A stretch of 32,000 nucleotides of DNA from an uncultured archaeon (GTDB taxonomy: Archaea > Asgardarchaeota > Thorarchaeia > Thorarchaeales > Thorarchaeaceae), in assembly GCA_964354495.1 (NCBI GenBank), contig CAYHAA010000001.1, positions 555,010 through 587,009 of the forward strand. The letters are read 5' to 3'. The notes beneath the pieces are model-generated. The model ran no database searches. It was given only the letters and a program-made list of their open reading frames with translations, and was not told where the DNA came from. This document shows, piece by piece, positions 1 to 9,288 of the stretch (positions are counted from its first letter, which is position 1; every line of letters starts with the position of its first letter). A program made the translations under genes and the position numbers.

Positions 1-1
1 G

Positions 2-2047
2 AAAGCCGCATCAAAGAAGAAATCAGAACCAAAGCCTCAGAGAGAAACGAAACCATCTCCTATGAAGGCAAAACCCACCTCTACGAAAAGCGCCAAAGCT
101 CCGAAGAAACAAACGAAAGAGAAAGACGAGCAGAAGAAAGGAACTCCTGCAACCGAGAAAGACACCTCCGAGATATCTTTGCAGATGCTACCCGGGGTCG
201 GACCGAAGCTCGCGGAGCGTCTCACAGCAGCTGGTTATGGTTCAGTAGAGCATCTCTCAAGAGCTCGTCCAGACTCGATCTCAAAGAAGGTTGTTGGTCT
301 GAGTACTGCTGGAGCCAACAGTCTAACCTCCGCCGCGAAAGACCTTCTGCGTAAGATGGACACGAAGAGTCAGCCAATGGAAGAGACCTCTCTGGATGAA
401 GCTGGAGCCGCTGATATCCCTGAATCGAAGCTGAAGCTCACAGATATACCAGGGGTCGGAACAAAACTAGCGCTATCTCTTGAGAGGGCAGGTTATACTT
501 CGGTAGCCAGACTTTCACGCTCTCGCCCTGATGCTGTTGCAGCCAAAGTGGATGGCCTTAGCATAGCGAGCGCAACAAAACTAGTCGCATCCGCGAAAGA
601 ACTTGAGCACGGTGAAGAGATCGAGAGAATCATTGGCGAACCGGCTCCGATTATTGTCGCAGGAAAGGAAGACACAACGATAGCTAAGAAAGAGGTAGAA
701 ACACCTGTGGAAAAGCCCATGGAGCAAACCAAGAAACCAAAAGAAAAAGCTCCCAAGAAGAAGGAAAAGCCAGTAGAAGTCACTATCAAGAAGAGAGCCA
801 AGAAAGCCCCTACTCCACCCAAGAAGAAACCAAAACCCATCAAGAAGAAATCTAACTTGAAGGTCTCCCCTGCCATCACTAAACTCGCTGCAGAGATGAA
901 ACGAAGTTGGGCTGAAGCGGAGAGGAAGGCAATGGAGCCCAAGCCAGAAGGAGAAGATGCACTAGCTGAGACTGTCGAGGTTATTAATCTGGCAGCTGAA
1001 GACACAACTGACCGGTTGGTGGATGCTGCTATCGATATCCTCAATGAAACAATGATGACGGGTCGACCAGCATTTGAAATACCCAGTAGGAGCGGAGACA
1101 ACATCGTGTGGGATGAGGTTCGTGACTTGCTCCTGCTAGGAATGCGTACGATTTCACGTCCGTATCACTCTCTCGCATCAGTCGTCGACGCCACACGTAC
1201 AGCCAGAGTCATGGAGATTGTCTTTAATCTCCTGAAAGCTAATCTGCATGCAACGAAAAGAGAGGTCTATTACAGTGATGTCAATCTCTTCAGAGATCAA
1301 AAATACAGCGACAAGATCATTGAGGATGTGGCGTCAATGCTGCAGACAACTCGTGACAGCGTACACATAGTTGCATCAGCTCGTGGCTCAGCAATGGGCA
1401 GAGTCACTATACGCGATGGCGGTGACATTATCGATCTGACCAAGATGGGAACTGGCGGTTGGGCTGTGACACCATTCCTTGACCAACTGGAAATAGTCGA
1501 GAGTGACGCAGAGTTCATACTCCTGTCAGAGAAGGATGCAGCTGTCATGCGGTTGGCAGAAGCCAAGTATTGGAATCGTCAACCCTGCATAGTGATTACA
1601 GGAAAAGGATCTGGTGATATTGCCACGAGAGCTTTTCTGAAAATGCTCGTGAAAGAACTAGAGATACCTGCGTTCTCTCTGGTGGACTCTGATCCCTATG
1701 GGCACTATATCTATTCCGTCTTCCTCAGAGGAAGCAAGCGACTCAGCTATGAGTCTCCCTTCATTGCCACGCCAGAACTCAAATTGCTGGGAGTCCTCAG
1801 CAGAGATCTAGACGAGTACAAGATTCCTAAATCAGTCAGAATTCCAATGCAACCTGCCGATGTCAAACGTGTAAAAGACATGTTGAAGGAACCATTTGTC
1901 CAGCGCAACAAACCTTGGGTTGAAGATCTTCAGTTGATGCTCAGGATAAAGGAGAAGGCTGAGATACAAGCGTTCGCCAGCCATTCGTTCGAATACCTGA
2001 CTGATGAGTATCTGCCTAGGAAACTCGACACTGGTGACTGGATCTAA
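2..2047 (+). CDS. top6A: DNA topoisomerase VI subunit A (Spo11 family) with long N-terminal extension (two HhH domains plus Lys/Pro-rich linker); 5'-truncated by the window edge
   Basis: Catalytic-Tyr motif ATKREVYY (Tyr codon 1271-1273); Toprim motifs LSEKDA, ITGKG and LVDSDPYG; C-terminal KAEIQA. The frame of the ATG at 62 is open back to position 2 (KAASKKKSEPKPQRETKPSP), so the true start is probably upstream of the window. Confidence 0.95.
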   Translation, partial: KAASKKKSEPKPQRETKPSPMKAKPTSTKSAKAPKKQTKEKDEQKKGTPATEKDTSEISLQMLPGVGPKLAERLTAAGYGSVEHLSRARPDSISKKVVGLSTAGANSLTSAAKDLLRKMDTKSQPMEETSLDEAGAADIPESKLKLTDIPGVGTKLALSLERAGYTSVARLSRSRPDAVAAKVDGLSIASATKLVASAKELEHGEEIERIIGEPAPIIVAGKEDTTIAKKEVETPVEKPMEQTKKPKEKAPKKKEKPVEVTIKKRAKKAPTPPKKKPKPIKKKSNLKVSPAITKLAAEMKRSWAEAERKAMEPKPEGEDALAETVEVINLAAEDTTDRLVDAAIDILNETMMTGRPAFEIPSRSGDNIVWDEVRDLLLLGMRTISRPYHSLASVVDATRTARVMEIVFNLLKANLHATKREVYYSDVNLFRDQKYSDKIIEDVASMLQTTRDSVHIVASARGSAMGRVTIRDGGDIIDLTKMGTGGWAVTPFLDQLEIVESDAEFILLSEKDAAVMRLAEAKYWNRQPCIVITGKGSGDIATRAFLKMLVKELEIPAFSLVDSDPYGHYIYSVFLRGSKRLSYESPFIATPELKLLGVLSRDLDEYKIPKSVRIPMQPADVKRVKDMLKEPFVQRNKPWVEDLQLMLRIKEKAEIQAFASHSFEYLTDEYLPRKLDTGDWI

Positions 2048-2049
2048 CA

Positions 2050-2077
2050 GTGGCAATAGGCTAGTTCCTATTGCCGC
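2050..2077 (+). terminator. Stem-loop immediately after the top6A stop; putative terminator or processing hairpin
   Basis: GGCAATAGG (2052-2060) and CCTATTGCC (2067-2075) form a perfect 9-bp inverted repeat with a 6-nt loop, extendable by a G-U and a G-C pair. It lies between convergent genes. Confidence 0.45.
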
Positions 2078-2254
2078 GCATTACCGTGGTTTGAATCCGG
2101 CTAGCCTCAAAATACTCCTATGAATGATGGAGTCAACGTAACTCTCACTAGGACATAGCTGAGGGCATATAGACCGTATTTGACATGATCATCTTTCTGT
2201 TCTCTTCCATTTCTGAGATTTAGCATTTCACTTATCAGGAAACACGACCGTCAT

Positions 2255-3472
2255 TCACGCCTTTCGGATTTTTCTATCCAGAATCTTCAATCGCTTTGTA
2301 TCCTCGCCCTCACGGTACTTTGCTGCTGACTCCTGGTACTTCGCAAGCGCATCTCTTGTTTCACCTGCTTTTGCAAGACGGTCTCCCTCATCCTCAAGAG
2401 ACTTTCCCCAAGCTAAATAGGCATCACGAGCTCGTTCAGCGCATCGAGCTCGTTTCTTTGCATCAGTAGTAAACATATAGAGCTCTCGTGCCTTTTTGAA
2501 CTGAACCACTGCCCACTCAAACTCACCTTCCCTAAGGTGATTTTCTGCCTGCTCGTAATGAAACCTTGCCATATCGTCGTAACCAAAATCGATTCTCTTA
2601 GTGGCTTCTGCAAGGTTCTTCTCATTTCCTGATTTCTCAAACAGCAACTTTGCCATTTCGAAGTTTTCAATTGCTGCTTCATGCTCGTTTTCTTGAAGGA
2701 GTCGATCTCCATTCTCTACCCTTGCTTTTCCCAGTGCATCGAAGACGTATTGTGGGTATTCAAAGCCATCAGATGTTGGTATATTTCCGCAGGTAAGGCA
2801 AACCGGAGTTCCAAGTTCACTCAGAGGCTTTTTCAGCGAAACTCGTTCTGGCTTTCCGACAACCACGTCAATGAAACTTGGACTTGTGCTGCCTCTTCCT
2901 TCAGGGAACAAGTGCGCAACTGCATCCCTCGTAGCGTCATCCCTTACTTCGGGAAAGAGATGAACTAAGGCCTCATCAGTTGTGACCGCGATATCATGAG
3001 CTTCTGCGAATACTCTTGGGGGCTCAATCTCCTTGAAGGGCATGCCTTCTTTTATCTCTTCGACACCTTCTTCCCATGAGAGTTCACTTGATGCTTTGCT
3101 GCTCTCGACTTCAAATGTAGGCTCCGGCGTAGCGACAGGGCCCAGTTCCCCTTCAGCTTCCGGGAGTTTCTCGTCAGTAGGCAGCTCTGGTAGTTCCTCA
3201 TCCCAACTGATCTTATCCGCAGAGCTTAATTTGGTGGTCTCAGGCGTAGGTTGTCCAACAATAGGCTCCAATTCTGCAATATCCTCTAATCCTGATTCTT
3301 CGACATCCGGCAGAACATCGTCTACTTTATCCAAGACTTGCGCCTCCGACGTCTGCTCAGGGAGGAGATTTCCTGGAATCTTGTTCCCGCATTTTAGGCA
3401 GAAGGTTGAACCTCTTCTCAGTGTTGCACCACATTTAGGGCATTTTATGTGTTCTGACATTAGTTGAACCAC
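2255..3472 (-). CDS. Zinc-ribbon / acidic linker / TPR-like helical repeat protein
   Basis: N-terminal CPKC..CLKC double CxxC, Glu/Pro-rich linker, a further CLTC, then C-terminal helical repeats of the A..F..A..LF type. Start is GTG 3472 or ATG 3460. Confidence 0.8.
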   Translation of the reverse strand: MVQLMSEHIKCPKCGATLRRGSTFCLKCGNKIPGNLLPEQTSEAQVLDKVDDVLPDVEESGLEDIAELEPIVGQPTPETTKLSSADKISWDEELPELPTDEKLPEAEGELGPVATPEPTFEVESSKASSELSWEEGVEEIKEGMPFKEIEPPRVFAEAHDIAVTTDEALVHLFPEVRDDATRDAVAHLFPEGRGSTSPSFIDVVVGKPERVSLKKPLSELGTPVCLTCGNIPTSDGFEYPQYVFDALGKARVENGDRLLQENEHEAAIENFEMAKLLFEKSGNEKNLAEATKRIDFGYDDMARFHYEQAENHLREGEFEWAVVQFKKARELYMFTTDAKKRARCAERARDAYLAWGKSLEDEGDRLAKAGETRDALAKYQESAAKYREGEDTKRLKILDRKIRKA

Positions 3473-3575
3473 TTCAAGTTCTACTCTGTTTTAGCGCTAA
3501 CACATTGGGAAAGATATTGTAATTCTCTCGGGTTTCCATATGAACGCTTTTCGTACGGCATCGAGGAATCACATA

Positions 3576-4229
3576 TCAGCTGATGTAGACAAATGGATAG
3601 GTCAACATAGTTATGATGGCTCCCAAGAAAACGCCACTGATTGATTGAATCATGGAATGCTGCTGCAAGACAGTTCTAGCCCAGATGACTACTATCCAGA
3701 GAATTATCACCGGCGTGGCTATAGTTCCGAAGACGTATATCAGTGCAGTTCCAGGTCCCCCCACTCCAGCGCAATGCACAGAGACCTTGGTCCTCAGGCT
3801 GACAATCGTCACGCCCAGAGTCACCGTGAAGTAGGCTGCAGCCAAAGAACTCATGACAGTACAGCTGTAGAGATAATATACTGTGAAGGCCAGTGCATAG
3901 CAGAGCAGTGAAAAAAGAAAGAACTTGGTTCTGCTCTCCCTCTGAGATACATCGAGATCGACATTGCCTCTTGCTGCCTCAAGAATGATTGGTGAGATAG
4001 GCAAAACGACCATCAAGATGATACATAGCAGAAGTGATGTCACTGGAGTTAGAGTTGATCCAAGACCTATCGGAGAATACCAAGAAAAGATGACGCCGAC
4101 ATAAAGGTTGATGAGTGGCGCGGGGGTCAATCTTGATACGATGCGAGCTGCGGTAATCCTTCTTCCATGAAGTTCAATCAATTCGTCTCCATATTTCAAG
4201 GATTCATTTCTCCGGATGAAAGTGCACAA
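3576..4229 (-). CDS. Integral membrane protein, PAP2-like superfamily
   Basis: About six hydrophobic segments; KVSVHCAG and WARTVLQQHSMIQSISG resemble the SxH and RxxxxxH motifs of PAP2-like membrane proteins. TTG start is uncertain. Confidence 0.65.
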   Translation of the reverse strand: MCTFIRRNESLKYGDELIELHGRRITAARIVSRLTPAPLINLYVGVIFSWYSPIGLGSTLTPVTSLLLCIILMVVLPISPIILEAARGNVDLDVSQRESRTKFFLFSLLCYALAFTVYYLYSCTVMSSLAAAYFTVTLGVTIVSLRTKVSVHCAGVGGPGTALIYVFGTIATPVIILWIVVIWARTVLQQHSMIQSISGVFLGAIITMLTYPFVYIS

Positions 4230-4386
4230 AAAGCATCAGACTTTTCATCTTTTCCCCTGAAATCTCGCCTGCATTGAGCATTCCATTTTCCCTCAACTGG
4301 TCACTGATGGGCGGAACATATGACAACAAACCTTTTCTTTGTCATCTGCCACGTTTTCTTCCAAGAGAACCATAGAATCCGCTAGG

Positions 4387-4707
4387 ATGTGCGACATAAT
4401 GCCAGCAATGCCAAAGCGAGAGATATTCGAGAGAATCATCCAAAACATCACGAGCAAGTTCCCTGACGTTTACGCAGCACTATTCATCAGCCCTGAGGGT
4501 TTTCCTATCAATACTTGGGGTGTTTCATTAGAACGAGCTGAGGAAATCTCAGCGCTACTTAGCTCCTTGATTGGTAAGACGTTGGAGATCGTCAAGGGAG
4601 TCAAGGAAGGGGGTCTGCTGTCCTTCATCCAGATTCAAACGAATTTGGGCGGCATAAGAATCGCACCTCAAGAGGAGTTCATTCTAGTCACTCTGACCAA
4701 GACATAA
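4387..4707 (+). CDS. Roadblock/LC7 (MglB-like) domain protein
   Basis: ALFISPEGFPI, then helix EEISALLSSLIG, then strands FIQIQTNLGGIRIAPQEEFILVTL, matching the Roadblock fold pattern. The ORF is open from 4339; ATGs at 4387, 4399 and 4408. Confidence 0.85.
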   Translation: MCDIMPAMPKREIFERIIQNITSKFPDVYAALFISPEGFPINTWGVSLERAEEISALLSSLIGKTLEIVKGVKEGGLLSFIQIQTNLGGIRIAPQEEFILVTLTKT

Positions 4708-4838
4708 GCGGGCTTTCAGTCGGAAAGCAGATTCATATCACTCGGAAAGTCCACTAGTGCTATTTTTATACTCTGTGAATCGATTACTGCATGTCCACGA
4801 GCAGATGCAAAGTTGAGCATCTGAGGGAGGCCTTCATA

Positions 4839-5891
4839 GTGTCACCAAAGAAGACAAATGTCGAAGATGCAGAGGATACAGAAGATTACGAAGAATTCGA
4901 AGATGAAGTCAGTGAACCTGGCGAAGCCGCAGAGGCAGGGAGCGAGTCCGTCGTAGGGGTAAATGTCACCGATTTGCCTGGTGTCGGTCCTGCGATAGGC
5001 AAGCGGCTTGCTGAGTCTGGGTACAAGAGTGTTGAAGCAATAGCTGTGGCTTCTCCAAACGAGTTAGCGGCGGCCGGGTCGATTGGCGAAACAACAGCGA
5101 CCAAAATCATCAAGGCTGCACGCGAGATGCTCGATATCGGTTTTGAAACCGCAGATTTGCTACTTGAGAGGCGTAGGATTGCAGGTCGAATCTCGACTGG
5201 TTCAAAGGCTCTGGATGACATGTTCGGCGGAGGTCTTGAGACTCAATCAATCACGGAAATGTACGGTTCTTTCAGGTCCGGGAAGACCCAGATTGCTCAC
5301 CAACTTGCTGTAATGGTTCAGCGACCACCTAGCTCTGGTGGTCTCAGCGCTACCGCTATCTATGTTGATACGGAGGGAACATTCCGACCAGAACGTCTTG
5401 TCGATATGGCTCAAGCGCTGGGAATGGACGTAGCCAAGACACTGAAGGGCGTCGTCTGGGCTCGTGCCTATAACTCGGACCATCAGATTCTGCTATGTGA
5501 TCAAGCAATGGAGATGGCGCCCGATACAAATGCCAAGCTCCTAGTCATTGACTCTGTCACGAGTCACTTTCGTGCGGAATATACGGGGCGAGGTACCTTG
5601 GCTGCAAGGCAGCAGAAATTGAACAAGCATCTCCACCATCTGCAGAGAGGTGCTGAGATCAATAACATGGCTGTCTACATAACCAACCAAGTCATGGCAC
5701 GACCTGATGCATTCTTTGGCGATCCCACAACTCCTGTAGGCGGTCATGTTCTAGCTCATGTTCCGCAGACAAGATGCTACTTGCGAAAATCCAAGGGCGA
5801 ACGTAGGATATGCAGGCTGGTAGACTCTCCGAATCTCCCCGAAGGCGAGGCTGTATTCACGGTCGTTAAAGATGGCATTCGTGACGTGTAG
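4839..5891 (+). CDS. radA: DNA repair and recombination protein RadA
   Basis: HhH N-terminal domain, Walker A GSFRSGKTQ, YVDTEGTFRPER, Walker B LLVIDS, FRAEYTGRGTLAARQQ and GGHVLAH. GTG 4839 follows a GGAGG Shine-Dalgarno (4826-4830); the ORF is open from 4791. Confidence 0.97.
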   Translation: MSPKKTNVEDAEDTEDYEEFEDEVSEPGEAAEAGSESVVGVNVTDLPGVGPAIGKRLAESGYKSVEAIAVASPNELAAAGSIGETTATKIIKAAREMLDIGFETADLLLERRRIAGRISTGSKALDDMFGGGLETQSITEMYGSFRSGKTQIAHQLAVMVQRPPSSGGLSATAIYVDTEGTFRPERLVDMAQALGMDVAKTLKGVVWARAYNSDHQILLCDQAMEMAPDTNAKLLVIDSVTSHFRAEYTGRGTLAARQQKLNKHLHHLQRGAEINNMAVYITNQVMARPDAFFGDPTTPVGGHVLAHVPQTRCYLRKSKGERRICRLVDSPNLPEGEAVFTVVKDGIRDV

Positions 5892-5935
5892 GTCGATTTG
5901 ACGTAGAGATGGATGGTCTCCGACCATCCTACCTC

Positions 5936-7288
5936 TCATTCAAAGTTTGCATCTTCAATAATACTGAGTACATTCTTCTCCCAAGCTTCTAGACCAGTGG
6001 GATTAGATGGATATGCTGCGTATACTTTGCCTAGCTTCTTCATTAGAGAGGCAGCTCTTTGAATCTTGAGAAGAAGGGATATGCGTCCCGCTCCTCTCTT
6101 CGCCCTCTTCATCTTATCAACAATCCCAATGGAGATCCCACCACTCTTATTGGCGGCAATGAGGTCATCTGCCTCAAGAAGTCTTCTCTCAAAGCTAAAA
6201 TTCAAGTCCTCATCCGTGACGTCTTGCAACAGTTTCCTGAAAATCTGGAGGGATGCCAGTTTCTTTCCAAAATCCGGCAAGTATCGCGTATTATATGACC
6301 ATAATCCTTTGGCAGACAAATCCCGTTTCGCAATCGCTTCTCGAGCCACTTCTCCGAGAATGATGCCCGCCCTCATGCCTGCACCGATGCCACCACCATG
6401 AATTGGATTCACCTGCAGAGCTGCGTCGCCTACGAAAGCTACGCCATTGCCGACTAGGCTTTTCAGTGGTCTTCTGACAGGAACTGCGCCGCCTTTCCCA
6501 TCGATGACATTGCTCTTGAAGAGGAGCGGATACTTGCTCTTAAATGACTCAAAAAGAGCCTTTGGCGAACCTCTGCCATTTCCACCTGTTATTCCCACGC
6601 CAGCGTTGACTTCCTGTATTCCCTTGGGAAATATCCATGCGTAGCCACGAGGGGCAATCTGACCACCAAGAAAGACTCGCGCAACCTCCGGTTCAGCCAG
6701 AGGAACCTTTAGGCTCAGTATCTCTCTATAGCAGAGAGCCACATCCGCTTTGTCGATGTTGTTTTCAATTAGGGGACTATCCAGTTGATTCCTGATTACA
6801 GCTGCAAATCCGCTCGCATCGATGACAATTTTGCTCCCTATCGTGGTTTCCTCCCGAGTGGATGCGTTTCGGTAGTGTATCCCTGTAACTTGGTCTCCGG
6901 TAGTAATGGGCGGTCCTACGTGTATATTGGGGATGAATTTAACTCCAGCCTTCACTGCCTCATTGAGCAGTCTCTGTCCGAAAGTCAGTCTGTCAACTGT
7001 CCAACCATCGAAGTCTGACCAACCACGGACTTTCAGCTCATTCTTCATGCTTGGTGGGTATACGTCTGCACCATCAATCACTGAGGAGATCTCTTTGTCG
7101 TAGGGGCTGTTGATACCTGTAGCCTCAAAATGCGATTTGCTTATCTCGTCGCCACACACTTTCTGTCCGACTTCATTTCGAGGCTTCCTGTCCAAGAGAA
7201 GTGTCTGAAGGCCAAGTTCTGCGCACCGTCGAGCTGTAACACAGCCAGCAGTACCTGCCCCAACAACAACAACGTCTAGCCTCTTCAA
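5936..7288 (-). CDS. Digeranylgeranylglycerophospholipid reductase / geranylgeranyl reductase family flavoprotein
   Basis: VVVVGAGTAG FAD motif, KVCGD, PRGYAWIFPKG and VGDAALQVNPIHGGGIG. TTG 7288 chosen as start because the longer ORF to 7339 overlaps the divergent promoter. Confidence 0.9.
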   Translation of the reverse strand: MKRLDVVVVGAGTAGCVTARRCAELGLQTLLLDRKPRNEVGQKVCGDEISKSHFEATGINSPYDKEISSVIDGADVYPPSMKNELKVRGWSDFDGWTVDRLTFGQRLLNEAVKAGVKFIPNIHVGPPITTGDQVTGIHYRNASTREETTIGSKIVIDASGFAAVIRNQLDSPLIENNIDKADVALCYREILSLKVPLAEPEVARVFLGGQIAPRGYAWIFPKGIQEVNAGVGITGGNGRGSPKALFESFKSKYPLLFKSNVIDGKGGAVPVRRPLKSLVGNGVAFVGDAALQVNPIHGGGIGAGMRAGIILGEVAREAIAKRDLSAKGLWSYNTRYLPDFGKKLASLQIFRKLLQDVTDEDLNFSFERRLLEADDLIAANKSGGISIGIVDKMKRAKRGAGRISLLLKIQRAASLMKKLGKVYAAYPSNPTGLEAWEKNVLSIIEDANFE

Positions 7289-7318
7289 TGTCAGTCGTTG
7301 TTTAGAATCACTCTGGGG

Positions 7319-7326
7319 ATTTAAAT
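7319..7326. promoter_or_regulatory. Putative TATA box shared by the divergent GGR and purA genes
   Basis: Palindromic ATTTAAAT about 30 nt from the GGR TTG start. Confidence 0.35.
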
Positions 7327-7428
7327 ACCTGCATGACACACACGTTGTTTTTCCTCATCAAACGAAACAAAAGGCTCTTGACACAACCATTATTTGCATC
7401 AATGACGGGTCAGGCGCATGTGAGGCAA

Positions 7429-8736
7429 ATGCAGAATCTCGTTGTTGTCGGTCTCCAATGGGGAGATGAAGGGAAGGGCAAGATTGTTGATGTCCTCTCA
7501 GAGGATTTCGACATAGTCGTTCGCTTTCAAGGTGGTAGCAATGCCGGCCATACTGTCAAAACTGGCAAGAGTGTTTTCAAATTCAGGTTGATGCCTGCGG
7601 GAGCAGTGCGTGGCAAGAAGACAGTAATCGGAAATGGCGTCGTTGTAGACCCCTTCGTTCTTGCGCAAGAGATCGACCAGTTGAAGAAGGCTGGTCTCAG
7701 AATCGACTTGGTTCTGAGCGATAGAGCTCATCTCACAACACCCTATCAGATTCTAATTGACGGACTCCAAGAGCTATCAAGGGGGAGTTCGAAAGTTGGA
7801 ACGACCAAACGTGGGATCGGTCCTACGTATGCAGACAAGATATCAAGGAATGGAATTCGAGGAGCCGATATCGCCACATTAGAGAATTCTGGTGAGTGGC
7901 GCATGCTCAAGGAGTTATCGGAGTCCAAGATTCACGACCTCTATCATTCGGAAATTGACTCAACAACTAAGGACCAACTGGATGAGTTTTCTCATGTACT
8001 GCAGAAGATCCTCCCATTTGTAGGCGACAGCAGCGACTTCCTCAATGATGCAATTGACTCCGGAAAAAGAGTACTGTTTGAAGGCGCTCAAGGTGCCCTG
8101 CTTGATATTGACCATGGCACCTATCCCTTTGTGACCAGTTCCAATTGTGTATCCGCCGCTGCTTCAACAGGTACTGGAGTGCCGCCAACCAAGTTGGACT
8201 CGATACTTGGAATTGCAAAAGCCTACATGACCCGGGTGGGCTCCGGTCCGTTTCCTACCGAACTGGAAGATGAAACTGGACACAAGATTCGGGAGAAAGG
8301 CGCGGAATTTGGAACAGTCACAGGAAGACCGCGAAGATGTGGCTGGCTTGATTTGGTCGCTCTCAGATACAGTGTGAAGCTTAATGGGGCGCGTTATTTG
8401 GCAATCACTAAGGCTGATGTTCTCACTGGTATCGACCCCTTGAAGGTTTGTGTCGCTTACGAGGTCGATGGTGCTGAAATGAAGACCATACCGGCATCCT
8501 CCTCAGTGTTTGCAAGAGCAGTGCCAATCTATGAAGAGATGGAAGGCTGGTCGGAGTTACCCAAGATCACAAAGAGTCCTGACTTGTTCAAGCAACTGCC
8601 TGATACGATGCATCTCTTTCTACGGAAGATTGAAGCTTGGACCAAATCCAAGGTTGCAATCGTCTCGTTGGGCCCAGATAGAGCAGAGACCATTGTTTCT
8701 CGGAAAATATTCCCAGTTAGCTCTACCCCTGCCTGA
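7429..8736 (+). CDS. purA: Adenylosuccinate synthetase
   Basis: GLQWGDEGKGKIVD, RFQGGSNAGHT, GTTKRGIGPTY, EGAQG, DHGTYPFVTSS and EFGTVTGRPRRCGWLD. ATG 7429 follows GTGAGG. Confidence 0.97.
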   Translation: MQNLVVVGLQWGDEGKGKIVDVLSEDFDIVVRFQGGSNAGHTVKTGKSVFKFRLMPAGAVRGKKTVIGNGVVVDPFVLAQEIDQLKKAGLRIDLVLSDRAHLTTPYQILIDGLQELSRGSSKVGTTKRGIGPTYADKISRNGIRGADIATLENSGEWRMLKELSESKIHDLYHSEIDSTTKDQLDEFSHVLQKILPFVGDSSDFLNDAIDSGKRVLFEGAQGALLDIDHGTYPFVTSSNCVSAAASTGTGVPPTKLDSILGIAKAYMTRVGSGPFPTELEDETGHKIREKGAEFGTVTGRPRRCGWLDLVALRYSVKLNGARYLAITKADVLTGIDPLKVCVAYEVDGAEMKTIPASSSVFARAVPIYEEMEGWSELPKITKSPDLFKQLPDTMHLFLRKIEAWTKSKVAIVSLGPDRAETIVSRKIFPVSSTPA

Positions 8737-9268
8737 ATTTTATCATAACAACGGACACCACGATAATGAGAACGGCGATTGCTAGAAGAGGCGGCACCCA
8801 GTTCAGAAAACGCCCGAATAGCAGTAACAGCGTTGACGGATCCAAGGCGATGACTGCCAAGTGTCCCCATACAACAAGGCCTCCGTAGAGTGCAAAGATG
8901 GGAAAGAGAATTGGTCCACCGCTTATGACCAAGACTAGTATCAAGACCGCGAGCTTACTCTTTGTGGGATCCAAAAGTGGCAATGGAATAGATTCGTTGT
9001 CATTGAACTTGAAGTAGTACCAGATTAAGAGTGTCGGAAAACGAGCCTTGATGATTTCCAAGACCTGAATTCCGAGTTGTATTGATAGCAATAGACCTGT
9101 GTGAACTAGCATATAGCCCAGAACCAGGACATTCAAGACGGGCAGCGGATTTGATGGGTCAAAAAACAACTGCAGGCTCTGTATGATTCCAACAAGAACC
9201 GAGAAATTCACGATAAATAACAAGATGTGACCTATAGCACCCTTGAAGATACTCTGCCAAGTCGCCAT
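8723..9268 (-). CDS. Hypothetical multi-pass membrane protein
   Basis: Four or five long hydrophobic segments; ATG start 20 nt downstream of the Rab-like gene on the same strand. Confidence 0.75.
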   Translation of the reverse strand: MATWQSIFKGAIGHILLFIVNFSVLVGIIQSLQLFFDPSNPLPVLNVLVLGYMLVHTGLLLSIQLGIQVLEIIKARFPTLLIWYYFKFNDNESIPLPLLDPTKSKLAVLILVLVISGGPILFPIFALYGGLVVWGHLAVIALDPSTLLLLFGRFLNWVPPLLAIAVLIIVVSVVMIKFRQG

Positions 9269-9288
9269 CGTGATCCATCCAGACGTAC

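Noticed and set aside
720-860. A-rich AAGAA-type repetitive DNA
   Set aside because: Explained by Lys/Pro/Glu codons of the TopoVI-A linker; not an independent repeat element.
2078-2110. GTGGTTTGAATCC resembling a tRNA T-loop
   Set aside because: No cloverleaf, acceptor stem or anticodon arm could be built on either strand.
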